Assembly (NCBI GenBank): GCA_050949045.1
Contig: JBMNEZ010000001.1
Span: 320,001-384,000 of the forward strand
From: Candidatus Izemoplasmatales bacterium
GTDB lineage: Bacteria; Bacillota_I; Bacilli_A; Izemoplasmatales; Hujiaoplasmataceae
Reading direction: 5' to 3'
DNA length: 64,000 bases
Shown here: piece after piece, positions 18,550 to 28,269 of the stretch
Layout: every line of letters begins with the position of its first letter
Numbering within the stretch: position 1 is the first letter of the stretch
The notes under the pieces: model-generated
Told to the model about the DNA's origin: nothing
Seen by the model: only the letters and a program-made list of their open reading frames with translations
Database searches by the model: none
Position numbers and translations under genes: made by a program

Positions 18550-19569
18550 ATGAAGTCATCCATCACAAAATATGCCGGTATTTTTTTGTTGGTGCTTTCC
18601 ATCGCCGGCGGTGTCTTTTACAACCTAATCAAGAAAGGCGATCTCAAATTTACTAACGACTCCGAGGTTACCACCAAAACAGTACAGGTAGTTGAAAATA
18701 AGCCACCAAGCACCGTGATTGAGGCGATCTATGTCGATATCAAGGGTGAGGTCATGAATCCAGGAGTCTACCGGATGAAACCGGGTGAGCGGATCTTCGA
18801 TTTGATCAACAGCGCCGGAGGCGTGACTGAGTTTGCCGATACCAGCAATCTCAATCTGGCGATGAGCGTCTATGACCAACTGGTGGTGATCATTCCCGCT
18901 GTTGAGTCTGGTCCAAAGGCTGCCTCGGATAGCACCATCCTAGTGGAAATCAAGGGTGAAGTCCTCTATCCGGGGGTCTACGAAATGCCTGCTTTCTCAC
19001 GAATCAAAGATTTAATCCAGATGGCCGGCGGGCTCAGTGTTTTCGCAGATACCCATGATATCTCACAAGCCGCCCTGCTCACTGACGGGGCTGCGGTGAC
19101 GATCGCCCGGCTGCCTGCTGTCACAGTGACAAACGAAGAGAAAATCCTTGTCGAGATCCGGGGTGAAGTCGTAAACCCCGATTGTTACGAATTGCCAAAA
19201 ACGGCGCTTGTCAGGGATTTGATCAATCTTGCGGGAGGCGTGACAAAAGATGCGACTCTGGAAGGAATCAACCTGACAAAGCCTCTCGCTTCTGGAGAAA
19301 CCGTCATTATTAAAAAATTTGAAACTCCGGTGATCAATAGTGACGGCGGAACAAGCAGCGAGGAAGTGATTGACGGGCTCATCAACATCAACACCGCCGA
19401 TCTTGACACCCTGATGACGCTGTCTGGGATCGGGATCATCCTTGGGCAGCGGATCATCGACTATCGTGCCGAATACGGTGATTTCGCCGCCATCGAGGAC
19501 ATTATGTTTGTCAGCGGGATCAAGGAGTCGGTATTCGCCAAAATCAAGGATGAGATCACCGTCGGTTAA
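18550..19569 (+). CDS. comEA: ComEA DNA receptor with three SLBB repeats and a C-terminal HhH domain
   Basis: N-terminal TM, three V(D/E)I(K/R)GEV..P..Y...(AGG) repeats, then ININTA..L..L.GIG HhH domain. Confidence 0.88.
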   Translation: MKSSITKYAGIFLLVLSIAGGVFYNLIKKGDLKFTNDSEVTTKTVQVVENKPPSTVIEAIYVDIKGEVMNPGVYRMKPGERIFDLINSAGGVTEFADTSNLNLAMSVYDQLVVIIPAVESGPKAASDSTILVEIKGEVLYPGVYEMPAFSRIKDLIQMAGGLSVFADTHDISQAALLTDGAAVTIARLPAVTVTNEEKILVEIRGEVVNPDCYELPKTALVRDLINLAGGVTKDATLEGINLTKPLASGETVIIKKFETPVINSDGGTSSEEVIDGLININTADLDTLMTLSGIGIILGQRIIDYRAEYGDFAAIEDIMFVSGIKESVFAKIKDEITVG

Positions 19570-21673
19570 TGGTCGGCTCGTCCTCGTGGCGCTCTTCTCG
19601 ACCCTGTTTCTCGTTGGGTCGAGAAGCTCTGTCTGGCTCTTAATCTGGGGTTGTTTTTCCCTATACTTGTTGCGAAGGAATCCTCGGATTCTCTTTTTGG
19701 GCGTCTTGGTGTGTTCCGGCTGTTTCGTTTCACTTCTGATTAGGGAGAAACTGAGTGATGATGTCCCGGAAGCGATCGTAGGAGTCGTCGTTGGCCAAGA
19801 AGAGGGGGCGTTGACCATCAAGTGTGGCCTCAGGCGTTACCTGGTTTTTTCTGACAGGAGCGCAGATTTTGCGGTCGGAGACACTCTCACCCTCGAGGTC
19901 CAAGAAGCGGTTTTCACCAAAAAAGAGATCCCCCATGCTTTTGATTATGAGGCTTATCTTAAAGCCAACAACATCCATAGAGCCCTTGTGGGAAAGAATA
20001 TGACAGCGACCGGCAGGACATTTGTTCTGGCTTGGATTCCGCAAACGGTCAGACAGTATGTCGAGGCCCATTTTCCGGATCCGGCCCGAGCGTATATCGG
20101 TTTGTTCGTCCTCGGCGATGCCGGCGGTCTCGAACAAGAACTGCAAGAAGCATCTGTCCGCCTCGGCATCAGGCATCTTTTCGCGCTTTCGGGGATGCAT
20201 CTCGGAGTCATCACCGGGTTTCTCAGCGCCCTCGTCAAGCGACTTTATGTTTCGAAAAGAGTTGAAAAGACGATCATCGTCTTTTTTCTCATCGGTTACA
20301 ATATTTTGACGGCTTTCCAAGTCTCCTTGGTGCGGGCTTCCTTGGTGATGATCGTCTTTTTTGTGACAAACAGTAAACAGATGCGACTGTCGCGGCTCGA
20401 CTGCCTCAGCCTTGTCTATCTGGCGATGCTCGTCTACAATCCTTATTATCTTGACTCCCTCGGCTTTGTGCTCACTTTCTCGATGACTTTCGCCTTGAGG
20501 CTCGGGGGCGAGGTCGTCAGGCATAAAAACCGTCTTATCGGGCTTGTCGGGACGACTTTGTTTTTGAATTTGTTATTGTTGCCGTTATTGTTGGAGGCTT
20601 CCGGCGGGATTGGGATTTTATTTTTGCCTGCGAACCTCATTTTCATTTTGTTCGTGAGCGTTGTCATCCTGCCGTTATCTTTTTTGACGCTTCTGTTTCC
20701 GCTTTTGGCGGATAGTTATATGTTCATGATCCTGATTTTCGAGAGCTTGGCGGTTTTTCTCGAGAAATTCAATCTTTTTTTGCATTTTAATTTGTCATCC
20801 GATATCGCGAAGGCAATGTACTTTATAGGGTTTTTAGGGGCGCTCTGTTATCCAAAAAGCAAGAAGACTCAGGTGCTGGCGCCATTTTTAATCGGTCTTG
20901 CCTTGGCAATATCTTTTGTGAGGTTGCCCGGATCTCAGGAGGTGCGCGTTTATGCCATTGGCCAGGGCGACAGCATCCTGGTCCGGGACGGAAACACAAT
21001 GGTTCTGATCGACACCGGACCCAAGGACAACTATGACACCCTCGTCAACAGCCTGATTAGGGATAACATCTTCAAGATTGATTTGTTGGTGATCACCCAC
21101 TGGCATAGCGATCATGCGGGCGAGTTTGAGGATATCTTGAAAAACTTCGACGTCGGGACGATTGTCGCTCCAAGTGTGCCTTTCGAATATCAAGGTCTCG
21201 GGATCTTGACACCGAAAGCAGATGACTGCATCGAATGCGGCAATTTGCTGTTTCAAGTTTTGAACGCTTTTAATGACAGCCGTAACGAAAACAACAATTC
21301 GCTTGTTTTGCACACCAAGATCGGTTCGCAGTGGTGGTTGTTCATGGGAGATGCCGAGCAAGAGGTTGAAAGGAAACTGCAAGGGCTCGACCTTGAGGTC
21401 GATGTTGTCAAGGTCGGCCATCACGGGAGCGCCACAGCATCGACTGACGCTTTCGTGGATTGGTGTGATCCTGAGTATGCCTTGATTTCCGTTGGAAGGA
21501 ACTCATGGGGTTTTCCGGACGATGCGGTCGTTTCTTGCTGGGAGGAGGTTGGCGAAGTCTACTTGACTAAGGAGAGTGGCACGATCATCTTCACTTATCA
21601 TCCCTTTGCTTTGATGCCGAGAATCAGTTTTTATAAACTCGATCATTCGCTTCTTTGGTACGATAACAAATAG
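19550..21673 (+). CDS. comEC: DNA uptake channel ComEC (competence plus metallo-beta-lactamase domains)
   Basis: HLFALSGMHLG, VRASL, IGQGDS, ITHWHSDHAG, NNNSLV, KVGHHGS; start approximate. Confidence 0.92.
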   Translation: MRSPSVNGRLVLVALFSTLFLVGSRSSVWLLIWGCFSLYLLRRNPRILFLGVLVCSGCFVSLLIREKLSDDVPEAIVGVVVGQEEGALTIKCGLRRYLVFSDRSADFAVGDTLTLEVQEAVFTKKEIPHAFDYEAYLKANNIHRALVGKNMTATGRTFVLAWIPQTVRQYVEAHFPDPARAYIGLFVLGDAGGLEQELQEASVRLGIRHLFALSGMHLGVITGFLSALVKRLYVSKRVEKTIIVFFLIGYNILTAFQVSLVRASLVMIVFFVTNSKQMRLSRLDCLSLVYLAMLVYNPYYLDSLGFVLTFSMTFALRLGGEVVRHKNRLIGLVGTTLFLNLLLLPLLLEASGGIGILFLPANLIFILFVSVVILPLSFLTLLFPLLADSYMFMILIFESLAVFLEKFNLFLHFNLSSDIAKAMYFIGFLGALCYPKSKKTQVLAPFLIGLALAISFVRLPGSQEVRVYAIGQGDSILVRDGNTMVLIDTGPKDNYDTLVNSLIRDNIFKIDLLVITHWHSDHAGEFEDILKNFDVGTIVAPSVPFEYQGLGILTPKADDCIECGNLLFQVLNAFNDSRNENNNSLVLHTKIGSQWWLFMGDAEQEVERKLQGLDLEVDVVKVGHHGSATASTDAFVDWCDPEYALISVGRNSWGFPDDAVVSCWEEVGEVYLTKESGTIIFTYHPFALMPRISFYKLDHSLLWYDNK

Positions 21674-21718
21674 CACTATTCACCAATCCTTGATATTGTG
21701 ATAAAATAATTGAAGGTG

Positions 21719-22699
21719 ATGAAGTTGGCACAGAACTTGTATCTCCTCTGGGGGAGTGATGCCTATACATTGAAAAAGGCGACCCAGAAAATTCTCGATG
21801 ACCATGCGATCTTGAAGGCTGATGTCGAAGTGTATGACATGGAAGAAGTGGCACTCACCGAAGCGATTGATCATGCGATGATGATCCCTTTTTTGGCTGA
21901 CAACAAGGCGGTCATTCTCGCAAGCGCCTGCTTCATGGGCGGTTTAAAACCACGAGCAGACATCAGCCATCATTTGAACCAACTCGAGAGCTACCTAGAG
22001 AATCCCAATCCGACGACGGTCCTGATCATTCAGGCCCCCTATGAGAAACTTGACCGCAGCATGCCTTTATACAAGTTGATAACCGACAGAGCGAAAGTGA
22101 TCGCCTGCACTCAGGAAGACGGAGAGGAATTCTTCCAGGAGATCAAGGAGCTCCTTAAGGAAGCTAATCTGCGGATCGAAGCCAACGCCCTCCAGATGTT
22201 CATGAGCCGGGTCGGCAACGACCGAATGATGCTCAAGAATGAACTCGATAAATTGATCGCCTTTGCCGGGGAAGCGGAGGTAATCACCCCAGAAATGGTT
22301 CGCGAGATCGTCTACAGCAATCCTGATGATCACATTTACCTTCTCGTGAACGCCGTTATCGCCTCGGATACGGAGATGCTGATGCAAATCTATAGAGAAC
22401 TGCTGATGGCCAATATCGACGAACTATGGATTTTGAGGGCGCTTGCATCCAAGTTTCAAGAGATTCTCTATACCAAGGAACTATTGAAACAAAACTACAA
22501 GCAAGAGGATATCATGCACTATTTTTCCGTAAGCAAGGGGCGGGCCTATTATATTATGAAAAACGCCCGTGATGTAAGCGACGACAGGCTGTTGGAACTT
22601 TTGAGCCGTCTCGATGAACTTGATACCAATATCAAGACCGGAGGCATTGCCAAAGATGTCGGTCTGGAATTGTTTCTCTTAAAATTGTATGAGGAATAA
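21719..22699 (+). CDS. holA: DNA polymerase III subunit delta
   Basis: YLLWG, PFL..K.V, NELDKL, D..IKTG; position between comEC and rpsT. Confidence 0.9.
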   Translation: MKLAQNLYLLWGSDAYTLKKATQKILDDHAILKADVEVYDMEEVALTEAIDHAMMIPFLADNKAVILASACFMGGLKPRADISHHLNQLESYLENPNPTTVLIIQAPYEKLDRSMPLYKLITDRAKVIACTQEDGEEFFQEIKELLKEANLRIEANALQMFMSRVGNDRMMLKNELDKLIAFAGEAEVITPEMVREIVYSNPDDHIYLLVNAVIASDTEMLMQIYRELLMANIDELWILRALASKFQEILYTKELLKQNYKQEDIMHYFSVSKGRAYYIMKNARDVSDDRLLELLSRLDELDTNIKTGGIAKDVGLELFLLKLYEE

Positions 22700-22722
22700 A
22701 AAAAAGCCGCTCGGCTTTTTTT
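22698..22722. terminator. Bidirectional terminator between holA and rpsT
   Basis: AAAAAAAGCCG-CT-CGGCTTTTTTT. Confidence 0.75.
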
Positions 22723-22981
22723 ACAGGGTATTGACGAGTTTCGCCAAGGTTGACTTTTTCTTGCTGGTATAATTCTTGTGAAGAATGCCCTTGGAAACCG
22801 CTTTATCGAGTTTCATGAAGGCGATACTGAGTGCGGCGACGGCCTTTTCTTTTTCGCCGGCTTGGACGAGGGTCTCGACATCCTTGATCGCTGTCTTCAA
22901 TGAAGAGTTAAAAGAGGCATTGGCCAAGCGTCTCTTCTCATTAGTCAAGATGCGTTTCTTTTGCTGTTTGATGTTTGCCAT
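22721..22981 (-). CDS. rpsT: 30S ribosomal protein S20
   Basis: MANIKQQKKRI...LDKAVSKGILHKN. Confidence 0.97.
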   Translation of the reverse strand: MANIKQQKKRILTNEKRRLANASFNSSLKTAIKDVETLVQAGEKEKAVAALSIAFMKLDKAVSKGILHKNYTSKKKSTLAKLVNTL

Positions 22982-23010
22982 ATTCTCACCTCCATTGATG
23001 TCAGCGGTAA

Positions 23011-23040
23011 TATTCTATCAAATCGAGTGGGAAAAAGCAA
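23011..23040 (-). promoter_or_regulatory. Sigma-A promoter of rpsT
   Basis: TTGCTT...TAGAAT on the minus strand with an 18-nt spacer. Confidence 0.55.
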
Positions 23041-23242
23041 CTAGCAGAATTAATTATTTTTGGGCTCGGGGAGCCTTGTTGAGGAGGTCATTGATCCCTC
23101 TGCGGGGAGTTTCGCCGATCATTCTCGTCAAAGTTCTTGAAATCAAACCCCGATACCTTGTATAATTAATCGGAAATGGGGCATTCGCGCTTTCCTTGTT
23201 GCGATATGTCACTATGAATGCATAATTAGACGGGAGCAAGCG

Positions 23243-25441
23243 ATGGACAAGATCGAACGGACAAATTTCAATCATAACGACGTCATCCTTGACGGGACGA
23301 AATATCTGATCGCCAACGGCTACTATGGCTATCGGGGCACGCTTTCGGAGTTTACGAAAGCGGAGATGGTTGCCTTTAACTTAAATGGCGTCTATGATCA
23401 ACAGGGTGATCTTTGGCGCGAATCCGTCAATGCTTTCAACCCGCTTTACACCGTCGTCTATATCAAAGGCAGCGAAATGAACCCGATGCGGGTGAAACCG
23501 CTCAAACATAAACAGGGAATCGATATCGAAAAAGGGCTGTTCTACCGCAACACTGTTTTCCCGTTCAAACAGGGTACGATCGCGATTAAATCTGTGCGTT
23601 TCGCCGATCAGACCAACAAGGAACTGATTTATGAGCGTTATACAATCGAAGCCTCGACCGCTGTCGGAATCGATCTCTATACCGGCATTGACCTTGATGT
23701 CTACAATCTTTCGGGAAACCATCTCAAGATCGAAAAAATCGTCGATGAAATCGGCTTTTTCTTCGTCAAAAGCAAGACGCAGGAACAAAACCTGCCCTTG
23801 GTTGTCGGCGAGACGACCACCCGCAGTTTTCCTGAAGAAGGCAAGACGGTTTTCCAGAACAACAAGGTGCTTCGGCACTATCGGATTGTGCTTGAAGAGA
23901 ACAAACCGATCCAAATCGACAAATTCGGCGGTGTCTGTCACTCAAGGAAGAATGCTTACCAGTATCTCGATATGCTGGTGACTAAAGCCCAGAAATTCGG
24001 TTATGATCGCCGTCTACGCGAAAATGAGGCTTTCTGGAGGAAGAAATGGGAGATTGCCAAAATCGAGATCGTCGGCGACAAACTCGCCGAACTCGGGCTG
24101 AACTACTCAATCTATCAGCTGATCAGTGCGAGGCCTTACTCTGACGAGGTCTCGATCCCCGCTAAAGGACTCTCCGGACAAGCCTACAAGGGAGCGGTTT
24201 ATTGGGACGCTGAGGTCTTCATGTTGCCGTTCTTTTTAAACACTGATCAGGAGTCGGCTAGGCACATCATTATGTACCGGATCCTCGGTCTCAAGGGTGC
24301 CATGGCGAAAGCCAAACAATATGGCTATGCCGGTGCCTTCTATCCCTGGGAAAGCCAAGAGCGAGGGTATGAGGCTTGCAGTGACTACAATATTACCAAC
24401 GCAATCACCGGCGAGCCGATCAGAACTCACTTCAGAGAGAAACAAATTCATGTGAACGGAGCCGTCGTCTACGCTTTGAAGCAATATCTCGAACGGACCG
24501 AAGACTACAGCGTCCTGTTTTCAGGCGGACTCGAGATGGTCATGGAATGTGCCAAATTCTATGCCTCCTATCTCACTTATAACCGGGAAACAAAACGTTA
24601 CGAAGCGCTTAAAATCGATGGACCGGACGAATACCATGAACTTGTCGATAACAGCACTTACACCATGTACATGATCGATTTTGTCTTCGAGCAGGCCGAC
24701 AATCTCGCAGCTCTTACTCGCAAGATCGACTATCAGTGGACGGTCGACTTGATGAAGGAACACGATTACAATGAAGAAATCAAAAGACTGCGCTTGATTC
24801 GGGAGAAACTCTATCTTCCCGAACCCCAACAGATGGTCTATCCCCAGTTTGACGGGTATTTTGAACTCGAAGACATCAAAATCAAAGATTTGAAAAAGCG
24901 GATGAGCCATCCCGACGAATATTTGGGCGGTGAAAAGGGTTTGGCGACAACGACACAGATCGTCAAACAACCGGAAATCGTCATCCTGCAAGCCCTGTTT
25001 CCCGAAAAATTCACTCGGATCGTCAAGAAGATGAATTTCCGTTACTACGAGGACAAGACCGAACATATCCCCAGTCTTTCTTCTTCGATGTACGCCCTGC
25101 TTGCCAGTGACATCGACAAGGCCAATTCTGCCTATCCGTACTTTATGAACAGCGCCACCGTCAATCTGAAGGGAGAGACGAAGCAGTTCAATGGCGGCGT
25201 CTTCATCGGCGGGATGAACCTGGCCTCCTGTGGTGGCGCCTATTATGCCCTGGTTTATGGGTTTTCAGGGCTCAAGCACAGGCGGTTCTTGCTTATGGCG
25301 GATACCCGCTTGGCTTCAAAGATCAAAGAAGTCAAGTTCAATGTGATCGTCGGGGGTAGGATCGCCTCGGTAAAGGTTACGAGCACGGTCGCCGCGGTGA
25401 CTTGGGAAAAAGGATATTTAAAGAAGGAGGAAAAAGCGTAA
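23243..25441 (+). CDS. Glycoside hydrolase family 65 (disaccharide phosphorylase-like)
   Basis: ANGYYGYRG, AKGLSGQAYKG..YWDAE, GAFYPWES, GPDEYHE, VYGFSG. Confidence 0.88.
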   Translation: MDKIERTNFNHNDVILDGTKYLIANGYYGYRGTLSEFTKAEMVAFNLNGVYDQQGDLWRESVNAFNPLYTVVYIKGSEMNPMRVKPLKHKQGIDIEKGLFYRNTVFPFKQGTIAIKSVRFADQTNKELIYERYTIEASTAVGIDLYTGIDLDVYNLSGNHLKIEKIVDEIGFFFVKSKTQEQNLPLVVGETTTRSFPEEGKTVFQNNKVLRHYRIVLEENKPIQIDKFGGVCHSRKNAYQYLDMLVTKAQKFGYDRRLRENEAFWRKKWEIAKIEIVGDKLAELGLNYSIYQLISARPYSDEVSIPAKGLSGQAYKGAVYWDAEVFMLPFFLNTDQESARHIIMYRILGLKGAMAKAKQYGYAGAFYPWESQERGYEACSDYNITNAITGEPIRTHFREKQIHVNGAVVYALKQYLERTEDYSVLFSGGLEMVMECAKFYASYLTYNRETKRYEALKIDGPDEYHELVDNSTYTMYMIDFVFEQADNLAALTRKIDYQWTVDLMKEHDYNEEIKRLRLIREKLYLPEPQQMVYPQFDGYFELEDIKIKDLKKRMSHPDEYLGGEKGLATTTQIVKQPEIVILQALFPEKFTRIVKKMNFRYYEDKTEHIPSLSSSMYALLASDIDKANSAYPYFMNSATVNLKGETKQFNGGVFIGGMNLASCGGAYYALVYGFSGLKHRRFLLMADTRLASKIKEVKFNVIVGGRIASVKVTSTVAAVTWEKGYLKKEEKA

Positions 25442-25442
25442 A

Positions 25443-25739
25443 ATGAAAAATAACGACAAGAAGATTTTCGGTATCATCTTGGTCTTGATTGGGATCGTTC
25501 TGCTCTTAAATAGACTTGAAGTCATCACCGCAGATATTTTCTTTGCGGGCTGGTGGACATTGCTTTTGCTCATTCCGGCAGTGGTGTCGATGTCGCGTCA
25601 GGGGATCACTTTTGGAAATTCAATTTTGTTTGCGGTGGGCATCTATTTTCTACTCGAAGCAAACGGCTGGAACGTCAAAGGCTTTTTTGTTCCCACGGCC
25701 ATCGTCGTCTTTGGTGTGGCGCTCCTGTTAAAAAAATAA
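25443..25739 (+). CDS. Small membrane protein (LiaF/LiaI-type transmembrane domain)
   Basis: GIILVLIGIVLLL..L, WW.LLL.IP pattern; about 4 TM segments. Confidence 0.65.
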   Translation: MKNNDKKIFGIILVLIGIVLLLNRLEVITADIFFAGWWTLLLLIPAVVSMSRQGITFGNSILFAVGIYFLLEANGWNVKGFFVPTAIVVFGVALLLKK

Positions 25740-25764
25740 TCTTCGGATGTAAAGCAGATCAATT

Positions 25765-25790
25765 AGCCGGCCTCGCCGGTTTTTTTGTTT
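25765..25790 (+). terminator. Intrinsic terminator
   Basis: GCCGG-CCTCG-CCGGT followed by a T run. Confidence 0.65.
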
Positions 25791-25883
25791 ATGAAATAAT
25801 CCGCGATTTCGCTCAATGATGACTGGCGGTTTTTTTTGAAGCGGTGTATAATGATACCTAGTAGCGACGAAGGGAGTTTTCTT

Positions 25884-27305
25884 ATGAAGCGTAAAACCAA
25901 AATCGTTTGTACGATCGGTCCTGCAGTTGATTCTGAGGACATGATTGAGAAGTTGATCATTGCCGGCATGAATGTCTGTCGGCTGAACTTCTCGCATGGG
26001 ACCAGGGCTGAACACGAAAACCGGATTTCCATGATCAGGAGCCTGTCAAAGAAGCTCAAGCGGTTTGTCGGCATAATGGCGGACACCAAAGGGCCGGAGA
26101 TCAGAACCGGCGATTTCACCAACAATCAAGTGTTTCTCAAAAAAGGCGACCTAGTGACCGTCGTCAAGGAACGGATCCTAGGTGATGAGAAACGTTTTCA
26201 TATCGCCTGCCCCGAATTGTTCACTGATGTCAAAGCCGGTGACTTCCTGCTCATCGATGACGGCAAGATCAAGTTGACGGTTCAGGAAGTCGGTCCAGAT
26301 TCTTTCACAGCAATCGTCTTCAACTCAGGAATCATCAAAAGCAAAAAAGGAGTCATCGTTCCCAATGTCAAATTGTCGATGCCATTCATTTCGACGAAGG
26401 ATAGGGAAGACATCATCTTCGCCGTCAAAGAAGGCGTCGACATGATCGCGCTCTCGTTTGTGAGGCGAAAGGATGACGTTCTCGCCGTCAAGGCGATTTT
26501 AGAGGAAACTAATTCCCCGAAGATCGAATTGATCGCAAAGATCGAGAATCAGGAAGGCGTCGATAATCTCGATGAAATTCTTGAAGTCGCTGACGGGATC
26601 ATGATCGCCCGCGGCGATCTAGGCGTCGAAGTGTCAACGCAACTCGTCCCGATCTATCAGAAAAAGCTGATCCAGCGCGCAAATGAACTTGGCAAGCCCG
26701 TCATCACCGCGACCCATATGCTCGAATCGATGGTGTCATCGCCGCGTCCGACCAGGGCGGAGGCGTCGGATGTCGCGAATGCCATCTTGGACGGTACCGA
26801 TGCGATCATGCTTTCGGGGGAGACGGCCGTGGGCGAGTATCCGGTCGAGTCGGTTCAAACCATGGATACGATTGCCTTGGCAATCGAGGAGATCATCCCT
26901 TACGAAGACCGCCTTCAAAAAGCGATCAGATCATCGCAGAAAACGATCAACGATGCGATCGGTATCGCTGTCAGCCAAACGGTGATGACTTTGCCTAAAG
27001 CTCAAGTCATCGTGGCTTTCACCGAAACTGGCGGAACCGCAAAAAGGATTTGCAAGTTCCGTCCTGAAGTCCCGATCATTGCGATAACCGACAGCGTTGA
27101 GACCTGTCGCAGGCTATCGTATTATTGGGGCGTTTTCGCCTCTTTCCGAAAAGAAGTCACCGATTATGCCCTCTATGATCGGTATGCCGTCGAAGTTGCC
27201 CTTGATTTTGGCTATAAGCCGGGTGATACGATCATCATTACCTCGGGATGGGGCCAAGAACACGGGTCGACGAACACGATGCGGATTATCGACATTCCCG
27301 AATAA
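25884..27305 (+). CDS. pyk: Pyruvate kinase
   Basis: TKIVCTIGP, RLNFSHG, DTKGPEIR, AKIE, ARGDLGVE, PTRAE, MLSGETA. Confidence 0.97.
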   Translation: MKRKTKIVCTIGPAVDSEDMIEKLIIAGMNVCRLNFSHGTRAEHENRISMIRSLSKKLKRFVGIMADTKGPEIRTGDFTNNQVFLKKGDLVTVVKERILGDEKRFHIACPELFTDVKAGDFLLIDDGKIKLTVQEVGPDSFTAIVFNSGIIKSKKGVIVPNVKLSMPFISTKDREDIIFAVKEGVDMIALSFVRRKDDVLAVKAILEETNSPKIELIAKIENQEGVDNLDEILEVADGIMIARGDLGVEVSTQLVPIYQKKLIQRANELGKPVITATHMLESMVSSPRPTRAEASDVANAILDGTDAIMLSGETAVGEYPVESVQTMDTIALAIEEIIPYEDRLQKAIRSSQKTINDAIGIAVSQTVMTLPKAQVIVAFTETGGTAKRICKFRPEVPIIAITDSVETCRRLSYYWGVFASFRKEVTDYALYDRYAVEVALDFGYKPGDTIIITSGWGQEHGSTNTMRIIDIPE

Positions 27306-27309
27306 AAAC

Positions 27310-27356
27310 AAACCCCCGAAAGCCATCGGACAGTTCACGGCTTCGGGAGTTTTTAT
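27310..27356. terminator. Terminator between pyk and the convergent PAP2 gene
   Basis: AAACCCCCGAAAGCC...GGCTTCGGGAGTTTTT imperfect stem. Confidence 0.55.
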
Positions 27357-27366
27357 ATTTCAGAAA

Positions 27367-28086
27367 TCATTGAGTGTTCTCTTCAAGCGAATCGAGCCCG
27401 AGTTTGACATTGATTTTCAAGAACAGTTGTTGAACCTTGTCGATGGCACTGCTTTTTCTTAAGAGCCAGTAGAAACCTTCGGCGAGGACGACAGCGGAGA
27501 TGAAATCGATGATATAATGCTGTTTGAGGGTTTGGGTGGAAACACAGATTAGGAACGCAAAGACGATGATGCCGATCTTGATCCATTTCGGCATCTCTTT
27601 GTCCATTCTGGTTCCCAGAATACAAAGCCAGCTCATCAGGCAGTGCATCGAGGGATTGGCGTTCCTAGCGCCTGCCGAATTGTAGATCCAAAAAACGAAA
27701 GACTCGGTGAAGTTGAGATCGTTCCTGGTGAAGAGGCCTGAAGTTTCCCGCCAGGCTTGGACATCGGTTTGAAAGAAGAAATATATCAGACCAGTTATGG
27801 TAAAAGTTATCATAATCAAAAGGACGAGGAAGGCAAGATTCCGTCGCGAACGATAGCCAATGTAGAAGAAACATCCCACCCAGAAAGGAAAAGCGAGCAC
27901 GTAAATGTAGATTGTCCAAGGAATGAAGGGAACAGCCTGATTGACTTTGAGTAAGATCCAGCTTAAATCGTCGCCGACAATGCCTTGAACTTCAGAATAC
28001 CACTGATTTCCCCAGTAAGAGATGATTTGCATGATGATGACGATCGTAAAGGGAATGATCATGTATTTGAAGCGGCTTTTTTCCAT
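27367..28086 (-). CDS. PAP2-superfamily membrane phosphatase/phosphotransferase
   Basis: Multiple TMs; NANPSMHC and STQTLKQHYIID motifs. Confidence 0.8.
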   Translation of the reverse strand: MEKSRFKYMIIPFTIVIIMQIISYWGNQWYSEVQGIVGDDLSWILLKVNQAVPFIPWTIYIYVLAFPFWVGCFFYIGYRSRRNLAFLVLLIMITFTITGLIYFFFQTDVQAWRETSGLFTRNDLNFTESFVFWIYNSAGARNANPSMHCLMSWLCILGTRMDKEMPKWIKIGIIVFAFLICVSTQTLKQHYIIDFISAVVLAEGFYWLLRKSSAIDKVQQLFLKINVKLGLDSLEENTQ

Positions 28087-28269
28087 TAACTTACCTCGAA
28101 AGACATTATTATGTTTCATTATACTTGCAATTTATTAATATGGCAAGCAGGAACTGGCCTTAGTGAAAAAAGAACTCATTTGCGTTCGAAATGCAAGAGT
28201 TTATCAATACTAACAGTTGTTAAGATAAATCAGTTACCGGATACGCAACGGTTTGAGTTATGGGAATAC

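Noticed and set aside
17767..20524. Antisense ORFs of 247, 252 and 264 aa over the methyltransferase, comEA and comEC
   Set aside because: Shadow ORFs with no recognisable protein features.
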